In this document: positions 38,781 to 49,385 of the stretch, piece by piece
Position numbering within the stretch: position 1 is the first letter of the stretch
Layout: every line of letters begins with the position of its first letter
Assembly (NCBI GenBank): GCA_965199825.1
Contig: OZ241329.1
Location: 480,001 to 544,000 of the forward strand
Length of the DNA: 64,000 nucleotides
Direction: 5' to 3'
Source: Bdellovibrionales bacterium
GTDB lineage: Bacteria; Bdellovibrionota; Bdellovibrionia; Bdellovibrionales; UBA1609
Position numbers and translations under genes: made by a program
The notes under the pieces: model-generated
What the model was told of the DNA's origin: nothing
Databases searched by the model: none
What the model saw: the letters and a program-made list of their open reading frames with translations, nothing else

Positions 38781-39284
38781 ATGGATAAGCTCGATTGGAT
38801 TAAAGAGCTCGTGTTAGCCGAACAACAGATGGAAGAATCTGGGGTTGTCGACTTCACCGCAGGATTCGATCCACAGCTTTTGCTCGAAACCCAAACTCTC
38901 GAGTTTATGAATAACCTCAAATCCGCACTGGTTGATGCCTCATCGGCGTTCAATCAAATGAAACCCTCGGCACTTGGACATATCAAAACTTACGGAATCT
39001 CAAAAACCAAAGCCGATTTTATGTTGTTTCGTAACGGCTACAAATTGATCTTTTCGGTTCGCCAACCCGGTATGATCGGGATTCGTTTGCACACGCTTTC
39101 GTCCACTTATCTTCCCGGCGCAGCCTCGATGGAAGAATCTCTTGAGCAAGCGAGCGAAGATTATTTAAAAGCCCGTTGGGGCGCTTTTGGTGAGCTCAAG
39201 TGGACCTACAAAGATCATCCTGTGAATATCGAGTATATGGTGCGGTATTACATGACCCGGTTTATTCGCGAGAGTACGCGCTAG
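38781..39284 (+). CDS. Hypothetical protein
   Basis: ATG 38781 after GGAGG; 167 aa. Confidence 0.75.
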   Translation: MDKLDWIKELVLAEQQMEESGVVDFTAGFDPQLLLETQTLEFMNNLKSALVDASSAFNQMKPSALGHIKTYGISKTKADFMLFRNGYKLIFSVRQPGMIGIRLHTLSSTYLPGAASMEESLEQASEDYLKARWGAFGELKWTYKDHPVNIEYMVRYYMTRFIRESTR

Positions 39285-39310
39285 CGAGTAAGGGTTGGAG
39301 AACGGATTTA

Positions 39311-40009
39311 TTAAATCGCTTGCCTCTTAATCGCTTTCTCAAGCAGCACATTCAGACGCAGAGCCTGAACAAAATCAAGTTCGACCTCATCAACAAAGGT
39401 TTTGGAACTAAAAAGCTTTATCGGAATTTCTTTAATTACTATAAATCTTTTAAGTTTAATTAATTCTTTGTCTTGGCTTTCGGGATCGAATCCTCTTGGA
39501 ACTTTTTTTTGTTTTTCAGACTCATCAAAGCCATTTTTGAATCTGGATTTGAATGCTTTGTTTTTGAGAAGCATCTTAAAAGGAGTGGCATCGTTCGCCA
39601 TGGCCTCACGGATCGCCCGAAGCTGACGAGAGCTTGGAAAGTAAAGGCCGCCCGCCACAATAATTCCATTAAATTCAGGTCCGTTTGGAAACATCCCGAA
39701 AAAGAGATGAGGATGTTGCTCAAAGCGGAGCACACTTGGTTTTGCAATTGAAAGCGACAAATAGTTTTTATTTACAGGCTCGCCTTTGCCGATCTTATGA
39801 GAGGGGCGCTTGATGCGCCCTATCCCCTTGGTGGGAAAGTGATAACCATGCGCTTTTAACGCCAGCCGATTTTTAAGCTCACAAGCGAGTTCGGTAAAGG
39901 GCTCTTTGACCCATTTTAAATAATCTTTTTGGTGTTTGGTTAACCACTCTTGATCTTTTTGACGGCCGGCTTGTGAGAGAAAATCGAGAGTCTTTTTTGA
40001 AAATGGCAT
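39311..40009 (-). CDS. DUF2461-like protein
   Basis: TLDFL...EW...Y...VKEPF, AGGLY.P...L.AIR, KVPRGF pattern. Confidence 0.7.
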   Translation of the reverse strand: MPFSKKTLDFLSQAGRQKDQEWLTKHQKDYLKWVKEPFTELACELKNRLALKAHGYHFPTKGIGRIKRPSHKIGKGEPVNKNYLSLSIAKPSVLRFEQHPHLFFGMFPNGPEFNGIIVAGGLYFPSSRQLRAIREAMANDATPFKMLLKNKAFKSRFKNGFDESEKQKKVPRGFDPESQDKELIKLKRFIVIKEIPIKLFSSKTFVDEVELDFVQALRLNVLLEKAIKRQAI

Positions 40010-40066
40010 TGGGTTCCTCTGGTGCTCGGATGATACCCAAATTTTTTAGTTTTTGAACAGAGATTA

Positions 40067-40585
40067 TTAAGTCTTCGCCCAAGCCGGCAATTGCTCCACA
40101 TCAAACATCAACTGGGTGCGGTTCACTTTCGCGATAAATTCCAACTGCTCGCGTGGCAAATCCACTTGATTGGCGATGGCCTCGATGTCTTGGCCCCGAT
40201 GGGCGAGTTGGGCGGCTTTGACATACTTGATTGTGTTTTGGCGCTCGATGATCTCTTCGTGGGGAATGCGGTCTTGAAAAATTTCGGCAACTTCGCGGCT
40301 GCGCTCCATGCTGCCCTCAACTTCGCGAATCACCTTTTCGGCTTCAAAAAGTTTGGTTTGGAGTGAGCGAGATTTTTGATCGATCAAGTCGGTCAGCTGA
40401 GTCACTTGTTTTTCGGTGCGATCAGAAAGATCTTCTAATATCGCAATCTTGCTTGTGAGGAGTTGAAGACCTTTTGAGAGACGCGCGTCTTCTTTGGGCG
40501 AGCGCTTGGATCTTTGCCACAAAATGAGCGAAGATCCAATTAACGACAAATTTAATACGAGTTGTAAAAGCAGCCAAACAGTCAT
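40067..40585 (-). CDS. Membrane-anchored coiled-coil protein with C-terminal HTH-like segment (DUF2802-like)
   Basis: N-terminal TM, coiled coil, YVKAAQLAHRG..IEAIA..VDLPREQ. Confidence 0.6.
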   Translation of the reverse strand: MTVWLLLQLVLNLSLIGSSLILWQRSKRSPKEDARLSKGLQLLTSKIAILEDLSDRTEKQVTQLTDLIDQKSRSLQTKLFEAEKVIREVEGSMERSREVAEIFQDRIPHEEIIERQNTIKYVKAAQLAHRGQDIEAIANQVDLPREQLEFIAKVNRTQLMFDVEQLPAWAKT

Positions 40586-40639
40586 CTCTCTATCTTAAAG
40601 CACGGTGTAAATGCCGCGCAATAAGACGAAGGTATAACT

Positions 40640-41827
40640 TTAGCCTACAAAAGACTGGATGCGGTCTAATGCTTCGGTCATCTTTTTTGAGTCGAGGGCA
40701 AAGCTCAGGCGCAAGTATCCATCTAGACCAAACTCGATCCCGGGGACGGCTGCGACCAAAGATTTTTCGAGCAGCAGACTGGCAAAAGTTTTTGAATCCT
40801 CAATCACCACACCATGAAGTGTTTTGCCAAAAAAACTACGAACATCAAGCCAAGCATAAAATGCTCCAGCTGGAGGATTCATCTGAAGGCCAGGGATTTG
40901 TGCGACTTTTGCAACAATCAGATCGCGACGCTTTTTTAACTCTTCGAGTGCTAAGCGATTGTCTTCGTCACATTTTTGTAAGCCCTCGACCATCGCATAT
41001 TGGGTAAAGGTTGCGGCACAGCTCACACTTTGACTTTGATAATTGGTCATCGCATCGATTAATTTTTGTGGACCAAGAGCCCAACCAATTCGCCAGCCCG
41101 TCATCGAATATGTTTTTGATCCGCCGTTAATGCAGATCACTCGCTCTTTGAGTTGCGGAGCCACTTGCAGTAAATGCGGCGCCATCTCACTGCCATCAAA
41201 AACCAAACGGTTATAAATATCATCGCTCAACACAAATACTTGAGGATGTTTTTCTAAAACGCGCGCCAGTTCTTTGAGTTCCTCGGCACTGTAGGTTTCG
41301 CCAGTAGGATTGCTCGGTGAACACAAAATCAGAAGCTTAGTGCTGGGAGTAATATATTTTTCTAAGAGCTCAGGTGTGAGTTTGAAGTTGGTTTCTGCAG
41401 GACACTCCGCAATCACAGGCAAACCACCCGCAAGCTCGGCCATCACAGGATAACTCACCCAATAAGGTGAAGGGATAATCACCTCATCACCGGGATCAAG
41501 CAGACATTGCAAAGCCGAAAAGATCACAAACTTTGCACCACTCGAAACGGTCACTGCCGAAGCTTTGTAACCCACACCCAATTCGTGCGACGCGCGTGCG
41601 GCCAAAATTTCTCGCAAAGGTAAAATTCCATTTGAGGGAGCGTATTTTGTTTCGCCCCGTTCGATCGCAGCGATCCCTGCTTTTTTAATCAGCGGATATG
41701 TGTCCCAATCGGGCTCGCCGACCGAGAGTGAAATCACATCTTGTCCTTGGCTTTTAAGCTCTTTGGCTTTGGCGTTGAGGGCAAGTGTGGGCGAAGGTTG
41801 AAGTGAGGCAGCTCTTTTAGAAAGCAT
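40640..41827 (-). CDS. PLP-dependent class I aminotransferase (aspartate aminotransferase-like)
   Basis: GEPD, PYWVSY, SPSNPTG, DDIY, SKTYSMTGWRIG. Confidence 0.93.
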   Translation of the reverse strand: MLSKRAASLQPSPTLALNAKAKELKSQGQDVISLSVGEPDWDTYPLIKKAGIAAIERGETKYAPSNGILPLREILAARASHELGVGYKASAVTVSSGAKFVIFSALQCLLDPGDEVIIPSPYWVSYPVMAELAGGLPVIAECPAETNFKLTPELLEKYITPSTKLLILCSPSNPTGETYSAEELKELARVLEKHPQVFVLSDDIYNRLVFDGSEMAPHLLQVAPQLKERVICINGGSKTYSMTGWRIGWALGPQKLIDAMTNYQSQSVSCAATFTQYAMVEGLQKCDEDNRLALEELKKRRDLIVAKVAQIPGLQMNPPAGAFYAWLDVRSFFGKTLHGVVIEDSKTFASLLLEKSLVAAVPGIEFGLDGYLRLSFALDSKKMTEALDRIQSFVG

Positions 41828-41831
41828 TGTC

Positions 41832-42308
41832 TTATCCTTTATTTATTTTTTTATGCAAAGCTTGCGCGACCGGCGGAGGGACTAGAGTTTTAAGATCACC
41901 GCCGAAACTTGCAATTTCTTTGACCATTCGTGAAGAGATATAACCGTATTCGGGTCGAGTAAATGTTATTAAGGTTTCAATCGTAGGTTCGAGTTTTTTA
42001 TTTGCAGCCGCGACCGCCGATTCGTATTCAAAATCTGACATCGCCCTTAATCCTCTTAGGATCACCTGAGCTCCAATGCTTTTTGCAAAATCGATCGTGA
42101 GGCCGTTATGAATTTGGACATCCACTTGGGGCAAGCAGGTTTTAATCAAAGCCATGCGCTCTTCTGATGTAAAAAGTGAATTTTTTGAGCTCGACTGGGC
42201 AACAACCACAGTAAGTTGATCATAAAGTGGCAATAGCCTCTCAATAAGATCGATATGACCAAAAGTGATGGGATCAAAGCTTCCCGGATAAATCGCTGTC
42301 CTGCGCAT
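41832..42308 (-). CDS. coaD: Phosphopantetheine adenylyltransferase
   Basis: AIYPGSFDPITFGH, RGLRAMSDFEYE, ISSRMVKEIA; start at MRRTAIY. Confidence 0.97.
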   Translation of the reverse strand: MRRTAIYPGSFDPITFGHIDLIERLLPLYDQLTVVVAQSSSKNSLFTSEERMALIKTCLPQVDVQIHNGLTIDFAKSIGAQVILRGLRAMSDFEYESAVAAANKKLEPTIETLITFTRPEYGYISSRMVKEIASFGGDLKTLVPPPVAQALHKKINKG

Positions 42309-42843
42309 AGAGCAAAAGATTTTTATCACCAAACAATCGACGATCCAAGAGTTTAAATGGCGGATAATGGTCAAGGGCTTGCTCTTTGATGGTGGCCTCG
42401 ATGGCGATCAAAGTCGATGCATGAAAAGTCTGGGGATTTTGGGCAATTGTTGAAAGCGCCTTATCGGCCCACTTGCGTGGAAAGGGCGGATCGACAAAGA
42501 TCACATCAAAAGTCTGCTCATTTTGTTTTATAAATTTAAAAGCATCATGGTGAACCACCCGATACTCAGTGGAAGGTATTTTTAAAAGATTTAAATTTTC
42601 TCTTAAGAGTTGAATCGATTTTTTATTGTCATCTACAAATGTGACATGCTCAGCACCGCGAGACAAAGCTTCGATACCTAAATTTCCGGTGCCCGAAAAA
42701 AGATCCAACACTTTTGTGTTTGGAATATCAAACATCAATTTGTTAAACAAAGTTTCTTTAACCTGATCAAGTGTTGGACGAATGTGTGGAAGTTGAAATG
42801 CCTTTAAGCGGCGGCCTTTAAAACGGCCTGAAATGATTCGCAT
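42274..42843 (-). CDS. rsmD: 16S rRNA m2G966 methyltransferase RsmD
   Basis: MRIISG, RPT, LDLFSGTG.LGIEALSRGA, DPPF. Confidence 0.95.
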   Translation of the reverse strand: MRIISGRFKGRRLKAFQLPHIRPTLDQVKETLFNKLMFDIPNTKVLDLFSGTGNLGIEALSRGAEHVTFVDDNKKSIQLLRENLNLLKIPSTEYRVVHHDAFKFIKQNEQTFDVIFVDPPFPRKWADKALSTIAQNPQTFHASTLIAIEATIKEQALDHYPPFKLLDRRLFGDKNLLLYAQDSDLSGKL

Positions 42844-42856
42844 GGCGCAAGTCATC

Positions 42857-43210
42857 TCACAAAGCCAAAACTAATTCCTCACCTTTCGTAAACACTGAAA
42901 AAATATTATCAAATGGTTTAGGAATAAAAAGATCAGCCCCATTGAGAGTGTTGGGATCAAACTCGCCGGAGTATGCCGAAATCAAAACAACCTTTGCTGA
43001 AGTTTTTTCTTTTACCTTTTCAAGCACTTCGGGCCCGGTCATTCCTGGCATCAGCACATCCAAAAAAACCAAATCGGGCTGGGTTTCGATCCACATCTCC
43101 AAACCTTTTTGACCATCACAGGCATCAAAGGCTTCATGCCCCCGAATCTCTGCTGCTTTTTTTAGGGCTTTGCGGATTAAGAGTTCGTCGTCGATGATCA
43201 AAACTTTCAT
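42857..43210 (-). CDS. Single-domain response regulator
   Basis: VLIIDD, FLDVLMPGMTG, ISA, PKPF. Confidence 0.93.
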   Translation of the reverse strand: MKVLIIDDELLIRKALKKAAEIRGHEAFDACDGQKGLEMWIETQPDLVFLDVLMPGMTGPEVLEKVKEKTSAKVVLISAYSGEFDPNTLNGADLFIPKPFDNIFSVFTKGEELVLAL

Positions 43211-45096
43211 TTCATTCCTACTTTTGGCAAACGCACAAAAAAAGTTGTTCCGGTTTGGTCGCTCACAAAATCGATTTTCCCTTGCGAGCTTTCAACCACC
43301 CGCTGGCACATGCTGAGGCCAAGGCCTGTTCCGCCGTTTAAGGGTTTGGTGGTAAAAAAAGGTTCAAACACTTTATGTTGAATATTTAATGGGATGCCTT
43401 TGCCCGTATCACTCACCATTAGTTCGGCATGAGCCCCTTTGTCATAAAGTGCAATCGTGATGGTGCCGCCCTCTTGCATGGCTTGGCAGGCGTTGACCAC
43501 CAAATTAAAAACCACTTGCTGCATCAGTTGTGCAGGTACGAGCACCATCAATGGATGTTCTGAAAATTTGATGTCGCTCAAAAATAAGCCCATCGCGGTT
43601 TTTAGCAATGGCAATGTGCGCTGAACCAAATCGTTAAAATCCACAATCATCACATCGGGATTTTGGCCTTTTGAAAACTCGAGCAGATTTTCGATAATTT
43701 TTTGGCAACGCCTTGCTGCCTTTTCAACTTCTCGAAGATCAGCCGCCAAAGTTCCATCCACACTTGTAAGTAAGATTTCGGTAAAGCTACAAATTCCTGA
43801 CAGAGGGTTATTGAGTTCGTGGGCAATATGACCCGCAAGATGACCGACTGCCACCATCTTTTCATTTTGAACCAGCTGACTTTGGAGCTCGATCGATTTT
43901 GTGACATCCACATAGTGATTTACAAAAGTTAAAGCTTCGTTTTCAAAAAAGATGGGATAGGTGTGCAAATCGTAAGTGCTGCCATTCCTTCGTACACGCC
44001 CCTCAGAAGAGGTTTGTTTTTTGAGTGCAAGCGGAAGCACACAGCCATCACAAGGCTCAGGGTTACCCGCAAAATGGATATGACATTTTTTGAGCGAGAC
44101 ATCCTCAGAAAAATGTCTGTTTGCCCGTAGCAACTGAAATTTATCGCTCACGATGGCAATTGGATCTTTAATGCCGTCAAAGGTTTGCTCCCACAACAGG
44201 CTTGTGCTCTTCAGCTCAGTGTCTGACAAAATGCGATCAAGAGTGAGGCTCAAAGCTTCAAGTCGAAAACTTAAAAATGTCACAAAGCGCTCGCACTGAG
44301 CCGAGTTTTTTGAGTGCTCAAAATACAATACCGCTTTACCGCCACACAAAGGCACAGAGACTAAGGGTCCCACCGGGCGCTGCATTTCGTTTGCTAGATA
44401 ATAACTATCGTCTTGAATCGAAATCCGAATATCGTCGGTATCGGCCCATGGGGATTTGCATTCCCTTTCCAACACCGCAACGCTTCTGAAGTAAAAAAGC
44501 CTGCGGCCTTGTTGAGGCACTTCGCAAGCCAAAATGGGCGAGCCCAAACGATGAAACGGCCTGACCTCTTTGCGCACAAGATTGAGCAGATCTTCGATTT
44601 CACGACAATGGGTCAATTCTTTTACAAACCGAATGAGCTCGTTGAGTTTAGCCAATTTATTTTCGATTTGGATTTTTGAGTCGGACACCACCCGTGTGCC
44701 TTGAAGGATGGCGTCTTGTAATCCGTCGGTCATTTCTTCGAGCTGATTGTTTTTGCCTCTCAGATCTTTGAGCAAAATGCGCCGCTCTTGCTCCTTATAA
44801 AATTCGGTTTCGGCAAGATTGATAATGCGCTCGACAGTTTCAAAATTATCTTTGGGTTCGATCACCTGAAAGAGCTCAACATCTTCAAAAGAAATATCAA
44901 GATTTTTGGGACTTAAATTGTTGGGTTCTGTGAGCCAGAGACGTTTGGCTTTAGGATATTTAATTTTTAAGTTTTTGAGATCTTCGAGCTCACTCGAAAT
45001 GACGGTGTGAGCTTTTGTGATGTCCTCGGTAAAATCGATTTTGGGCCAAAGCTTTGCCCATTCTTTTGTTTTACTATCCACTGCCGCAATCGCCAT
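43207..45096 (-). CDS. Sensor histidine kinase (NtrB-like, cytoplasmic)
   Basis: AHELNNPL H-box, NLVVNA, DTGKG, FEPFFTTK, GTGLGL. Confidence 0.93.
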   Translation of the reverse strand: MAIAAVDSKTKEWAKLWPKIDFTEDITKAHTVISSELEDLKNLKIKYPKAKRLWLTEPNNLSPKNLDISFEDVELFQVIEPKDNFETVERIINLAETEFYKEQERRILLKDLRGKNNQLEEMTDGLQDAILQGTRVVSDSKIQIENKLAKLNELIRFVKELTHCREIEDLLNLVRKEVRPFHRLGSPILACEVPQQGRRLFYFRSVAVLERECKSPWADTDDIRISIQDDSYYLANEMQRPVGPLVSVPLCGGKAVLYFEHSKNSAQCERFVTFLSFRLEALSLTLDRILSDTELKSTSLLWEQTFDGIKDPIAIVSDKFQLLRANRHFSEDVSLKKCHIHFAGNPEPCDGCVLPLALKKQTSSEGRVRRNGSTYDLHTYPIFFENEALTFVNHYVDVTKSIELQSQLVQNEKMVAVGHLAGHIAHELNNPLSGICSFTEILLTSVDGTLAADLREVEKAARRCQKIIENLLEFSKGQNPDVMIVDFNDLVQRTLPLLKTAMGLFLSDIKFSEHPLMVLVPAQLMQQVVFNLVVNACQAMQEGGTITIALYDKGAHAELMVSDTGKGIPLNIQHKVFEPFFTTKPLNGGTGLGLSMCQRVVESSQGKIDFVSDQTGTTFFVRLPKVGMK

Positions 45097-45716
45097 TACG
45101 AGATGCTAGCACGGCCCTTAAAATTTGAAATCTGTTGAAAAACCAATTCCAGGACGTTCGTCAGTTCGTACTCAAGTAAATCTGCAAGAAGGGCCCGATC
45201 TTTTTTTTCGTAACCAGTAAGAATCGATTTGATGGCGTCGCGGTATTGAGTTTCGACTTCGGTGGTAATGGCATCCGGGTACTGCACCTTTAGAACATGT
45301 GCGACGTCGGTGAGATAGCGACACATCTCGAGCAGCTCAGAAAATGCTTGATGAGTCTGCTCCATCTCTTTTAATCGAAAATCCTCGGCCGCCTCAACAC
45401 ACTTTTCGCTAATCATCGGAATCAGGTGAAGAACATCTTGCAATGTGTTGCGCATCAAAACATGAGGATGCTCGCTGTTCACCGAAAACTCGGTGATATC
45501 AGGGAGAAGCACCTCATTTTTTTCGTCATGAGTCAGACCATTTACAAAAATCTCACACACCACGTGACCTTGCGACCAAAGAATTTTTTCGGCCTGGGCA
45601 ATGACCTCTTTGATCGATTGGCAGTGACCAAAGGTCTCCGAGAATTCAGACTGCCGCCAATGGTGCATTCCCATGCTCTGCTCCCTTATGCAAAAGATCA
45701 ACCGCACCACACTCAC
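45096..45716 (-). CDS. Hypothetical protein of the flagellar/glycosylation locus
   Basis: ORF with D..LLADLLEYEL C-terminal pattern; true start probably near 45673. Confidence 0.65.
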   Translation of the reverse strand: MSVVRLIFCIREQSMGMHHWRQSEFSETFGHCQSIKEVIAQAEKILWSQGHVVCEIFVNGLTHDEKNEVLLPDITEFSVNSEHPHVLMRNTLQDVLHLIPMISEKCVEAAEDFRLKEMEQTHQAFSELLEMCRYLTDVAHVLKVQYPDAITTEVETQYRDAIKSILTGYEKKDRALLADLLEYELTNVLELVFQQISNFKGRASIS

Positions 45717-47037
45717 AGATATTTAAAACTTTTTTGTAAACGTTTTGTGTGGATAACAAAAGATCGGTAAAGCTTTGTGGTTTTATCCGCATCAATTCAA
45801 CCTGATACCAGCGTTTGATCACATCGAGCTGGGGCTCAAGCTGACAGATGGTCAAAAATAATTCGTCGACCTGCTGCAAAATCAAACGGGGCTCTGGAGC
45901 ATGAGGATTTTTTATCAGCGAGGTGCATTGCTCGAGCGCCAGCTCGAGAACCTCGGTCAATCTTAAATAAGCAGTGCTCATTTGTGATGTGTTCGAAATC
46001 GGAAACGGACTATTAAAATAAATCGCTTCGATCACTTGAAGTGCGTATGACTTTTTTTGATCTGCAAAATTCTGTGGCTCATTGTTGATTTCGGCTTTAA
46101 CCGTCTCGATGAGATGTTGCAGATTTAAAAATTCGGGCTCATCCGAAAATACCAACCGGCTGCGCTCGGTCCACGGTCCAGTTTCATAACTGTTTACGGT
46201 CGAAAAACTCAAATTCACAATCGGAGTGTTGGTTAAACTCGCCATGTGAATAAAAACACTGTCTGGCGCAATCAACAAATCCGATTGATTTAAAATATCA
46301 AAATTATCTTGGAGCTCGAGTTGGCCTGCAAAACTGATTGTGTGATCACGCATCAATTGGGCAATCTTGGGCTCGTCTTCTTTGCTACCGAGTAACACCA
46401 CTTGATACTCATCTAGTGCATCAATCACCCGACCCCATTGAGTCACAGATAATGATTTATCTGAGCGACTGGCAAAGGGCTGGATCGCGATGATCTTTTT
46501 GTCGGTTAAAATGCGATGACGGCGCTCTACCAATGGAATCTCAAAATCTTGTGGTTCGAGATCAAGGCCGCAGGTCGCCCCAAAAATTTTGAGTAAATGA
46601 ATTTGGTTTTCTGATCCAACTCCACCTTGCGCCATAAAATAGGCCGAGATGTCGTCCACCGGATGAAGTTGTCCATCACTGTGGCGCGAGTAGCCCACCA
46701 CATCGGTCTCATTATTTGAGAGCATGTGAGTGATGTAACTCGACAGCGGCGAATAGGTCAGATTGATAACCTTATCGCAACCATAGAGTGGCATGAGTTG
46801 TTGATCCATCGCCTTTAAAGCAGCGTTTTGATCGCCCTTTAAAGCGGGAGCTAAGATTTCGCCGGTATCAAAAATATGAACCGCATCGATCTCTAATCCT
46901 TTCGCAGCCTCTGCAAAACGCTTACGCACCACAAGCTCGATTGAAGCTTGGGGATATTTGCGTTTGAGTCCTTTAAGAACTGGCCACGTCAGATAGATGT
47001 CACCGAGTCGGGCGAGCTGCAGAACCAGAATTCGCAT
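45646..47037 (-). CDS. Glycosyltransferase family 9
   Basis: MRILVLQLARLGD, QPFAS..DK, PDSVFIHMA. Confidence 0.85.
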   Translation of the reverse strand: MRILVLQLARLGDIYLTWPVLKGLKRKYPQASIELVVRKRFAEAAKGLEIDAVHIFDTGEILAPALKGDQNAALKAMDQQLMPLYGCDKVINLTYSPLSSYITHMLSNNETDVVGYSRHSDGQLHPVDDISAYFMAQGGVGSENQIHLLKIFGATCGLDLEPQDFEIPLVERRHRILTDKKIIAIQPFASRSDKSLSVTQWGRVIDALDEYQVVLLGSKEDEPKIAQLMRDHTISFAGQLELQDNFDILNQSDLLIAPDSVFIHMASLTNTPIVNLSFSTVNSYETGPWTERSRLVFSDEPEFLNLQHLIETVKAEINNEPQNFADQKKSYALQVIEAIYFNSPFPISNTSQMSTAYLRLTEVLELALEQCTSLIKNPHAPEPRLILQQVDELFLTICQLEPQLDVIKRWYQVELMRIKPQSFTDLLLSTQNVYKKVLNICECGAVDLLHKGAEHGNAPLAAV

Positions 47038-47179
47038 AGACCACCTGTTCTTTAATAATTTCTTCGAGAGTTTTTAATCGTTCCGCATCTTTGTTGTAGC
47101 CTTGGGTCGCGATAATTTTATCTGACGACTCCTCAAGCTTTTCTAAAAAAAATGTGAGGTTCTGTTCTTTTTCGCTCAT
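47000..47179 (-). CDS. Small hypothetical protein (59 aa), translationally coupled
   Basis: Manual translation MSEKEQNLTFFLEKLEESS...RPTR-stop; ATGA overlap with the upstream GT9 stop and CAGGAG RBS; fills the gap in the operon. Confidence 0.55.
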   Translation of the reverse strand: MSEKEQNLTFFLEKLEESSDKIIATQGYNKDAERLKTLEEIIKEQVVYANSGSAARPTR

Positions 47180-48765
47180 AACGTTTGCTCCTGTTTTGCG
47201 GGAATATTTCGCACAAGTTTAAGTTGAATATCACTTTTACGTTCCACATCGGCCAAAGCCATTTGTAGCCGCCTTAAAGATAATAGATTGCGATCTTTGA
47301 TGTCTTCGATGCGATGACTCGCAGACAAATCGCATTCTTTTAAAAGCTCCTGCACTTGACCAACAAATTTTCCGATCGATTTTTTTTCGCCCAGTTGCAT
47401 CTGAAATTCCATCTTTAGTCTTTTGACTTTATCGATTTGCAAAACAAGTCGGGTCTCGAGCTGCTCGACCGTTGAGAGTGAAACATCCTGGTCAAGCCCC
47501 TGATGAAAATCAAGACAGGCCGAACCCATTTGCAAATGCTGCTCTTCGTGGTGCACCGAAAAAGAAAGTCGTAAGGCCGACTTCAATAAGGCCTTTTCGA
47601 CATCGAGTACGGGCGAGTCGATATTGAGCGCAGCCCAATAGCCTTGACCGGTGATTACGGTTTTTGAAAGCTGAAATTGATGAGAATATTTATTTGCGAT
47701 TGCCTTTAATTGATCATCATCTTGATCCAAGATCGCAACCGCAATGTCTGATACCACTTCAGGAGTAAAGCTGAGGCTGCAAAAATGACTGACCTTTTCG
47801 CACGCACTCACATGAGAACATGGCGCACATTCGGCAAGACTTTGGAGGATAAATCCTTTATCGCGGTAAAATCCGGTTTTGCTGGGCTCGCTACTGCCTA
47901 AGGCCAATTCCAAAACTTTGGTTTTTGTTGCAGCAGCCAAATGTTTGGTTGCGGTATCCAGAGTCAAAAAGAATTCGGCACCATGAATCGCGCTGAGCGC
48001 ACCTTCAAGACTGAGAGTCACAAAGGATGCGCGTGAGCCTAAGGCTTTTAGTTTTTGTTGCAGATCAAATAGCGCATCGGATTCAAACGGCGCACCCATC
48101 ACCACAAACGAAAGCTCTGGGCGCTTTTTTTCGAGATTCAAAATTGTTTGGAGCAACTGGGGCACGAGCCATTGTTTTTTTGTGTCGCTCGAAAAGGGCT
48201 GAATCAAAAAAACCGATGACAGATTTTTTTGATGTTCATGCCATTCGGCTCGACCCTTTGAAGTTTCCTGCAAAAAAGTACGGCCCAAACTTTTCTTTTC
48301 ACCTAAGCTAAATTGAAAAAGATCGGCATAGTGAAAATGACTTTCCTTATGTTGGGACACGTCGTTGAGATATCTAAACCATGGCGAATTGAAGCGCGAA
48401 TCGCTATTGAATTTAAGACCAATCGTGTGTTGTCCCTGGATCAACGAAGTCAAATGACCCGAAAGCTGATTGTGAGTGACGTTGACAACAAGATCATAAT
48501 TTTGTTTTTTTAAAGTCTGAACAAGTTGATTCAATCGATCATAGGCTTCAAACATCGGTCGATGAGGTTCGACCAAAGCTTTTTCAATCGCTTTTCTATC
48601 GAGAAGATGAACATGATTCACATCGATCAACAGTGGTTTTAAATTTTCAAACTGTTTGTTGATGAGTAAATCAACGCTATACCCTTTTTGTTTGAGGGCT
48701 CTGATGGTGGGTGTCGCCATGACTACATCACCCAATCTTAATAGACTTACCACTAATGCTTTCAT
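47176..48765 (-). CDS. Glycosyltransferase family 9
   Basis: MKALVVSLLRLGD, QPFSS..KK, LDTATKHLAAA, CAPC. Confidence 0.85.
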   Translation of the reverse strand: MKALVVSLLRLGDVVMATPTIRALKQKGYSVDLLINKQFENLKPLLIDVNHVHLLDRKAIEKALVEPHRPMFEAYDRLNQLVQTLKKQNYDLVVNVTHNQLSGHLTSLIQGQHTIGLKFNSDSRFNSPWFRYLNDVSQHKESHFHYADLFQFSLGEKKSLGRTFLQETSKGRAEWHEHQKNLSSVFLIQPFSSDTKKQWLVPQLLQTILNLEKKRPELSFVVMGAPFESDALFDLQQKLKALGSRASFVTLSLEGALSAIHGAEFFLTLDTATKHLAAATKTKVLELALGSSEPSKTGFYRDKGFILQSLAECAPCSHVSACEKVSHFCSLSFTPEVVSDIAVAILDQDDDQLKAIANKYSHQFQLSKTVITGQGYWAALNIDSPVLDVEKALLKSALRLSFSVHHEEQHLQMGSACLDFHQGLDQDVSLSTVEQLETRLVLQIDKVKRLKMEFQMQLGEKKSIGKFVGQVQELLKECDLSASHRIEDIKDRNLLSLRRLQMALADVERKSDIQLKLVRNIPAKQEQTL

Positions 48766-49385
48766 TTTATAAACCCGGTGAGACAATTTAAAATCGAGGC
48801 GGCTTCGGTGTGCTGCTGGCCTTCTTCGATAGAGGAGGCTAAATCTTTGATCGAGAGCAAATAACGATCGCTTAAAAAAACTTTTTTAAGATCCAAGATA
48901 TTCCAAAGGTCAGTTCTTAATCGCAGTTGATATTGAAGGCCCAATCTTTCGCGTGCCACTAAATAGTTTTTAAGCGATTCGTAATTGTCACTGTCAAGAG
49001 CGGTGGCGGATTTAAAATCCACCACACAATAGATTTGTGACAACGCTTTTTGGAGACGTGAGGATTTGTTGATTTCACTTACACTGCCAGTAATGATCTG
49101 AGCACTCGCCAGATCAAGCCGATGAAAGGCCATCACTTGATGAGCCAATTGGTCGTTAAGCTCAAGAACGATTAATTTTTTTTGGGGAAATCTCTTTAAG
49201 ATTTCAACCGCGTGATAGCCCGAACCCAATCCTAAAAGAACGATCGTCTGGGTATTTGCGAAATCTTCGGAGTGAAACTCAACCCATGATTTGGCTTCCT
49301 TCACCGGATCAAAGCGCGAGCATAACAGGCGCTCATCCAATTTAAAAACAGGAACTCCGGTTTGGCTTAACACTTGTGAAATCAA
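48762..49385 (-). CDS. Protein resembling the N-terminal region of motility-associated factor (Maf)
   Basis: LCSRFDPVKEA..W, VLLGLGSGYH...LE pattern; flagellar context. Confidence 0.6.
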   Translation of the reverse strand: MISQVLSQTGVPVFKLDERLLCSRFDPVKEAKSWVEFHSEDFANTQTIVLLGLGSGYHAVEILKRFPQKKLIVLELNDQLAHQVMAFHRLDLASAQIITGSVSEINKSSRLQKALSQIYCVVDFKSATALDSDNYESLKNYLVARERLGLQYQLRLRTDLWNILDLKKVFLSDRYLLSIKDLASSIEEGQQHTEAASILNCLTGFIK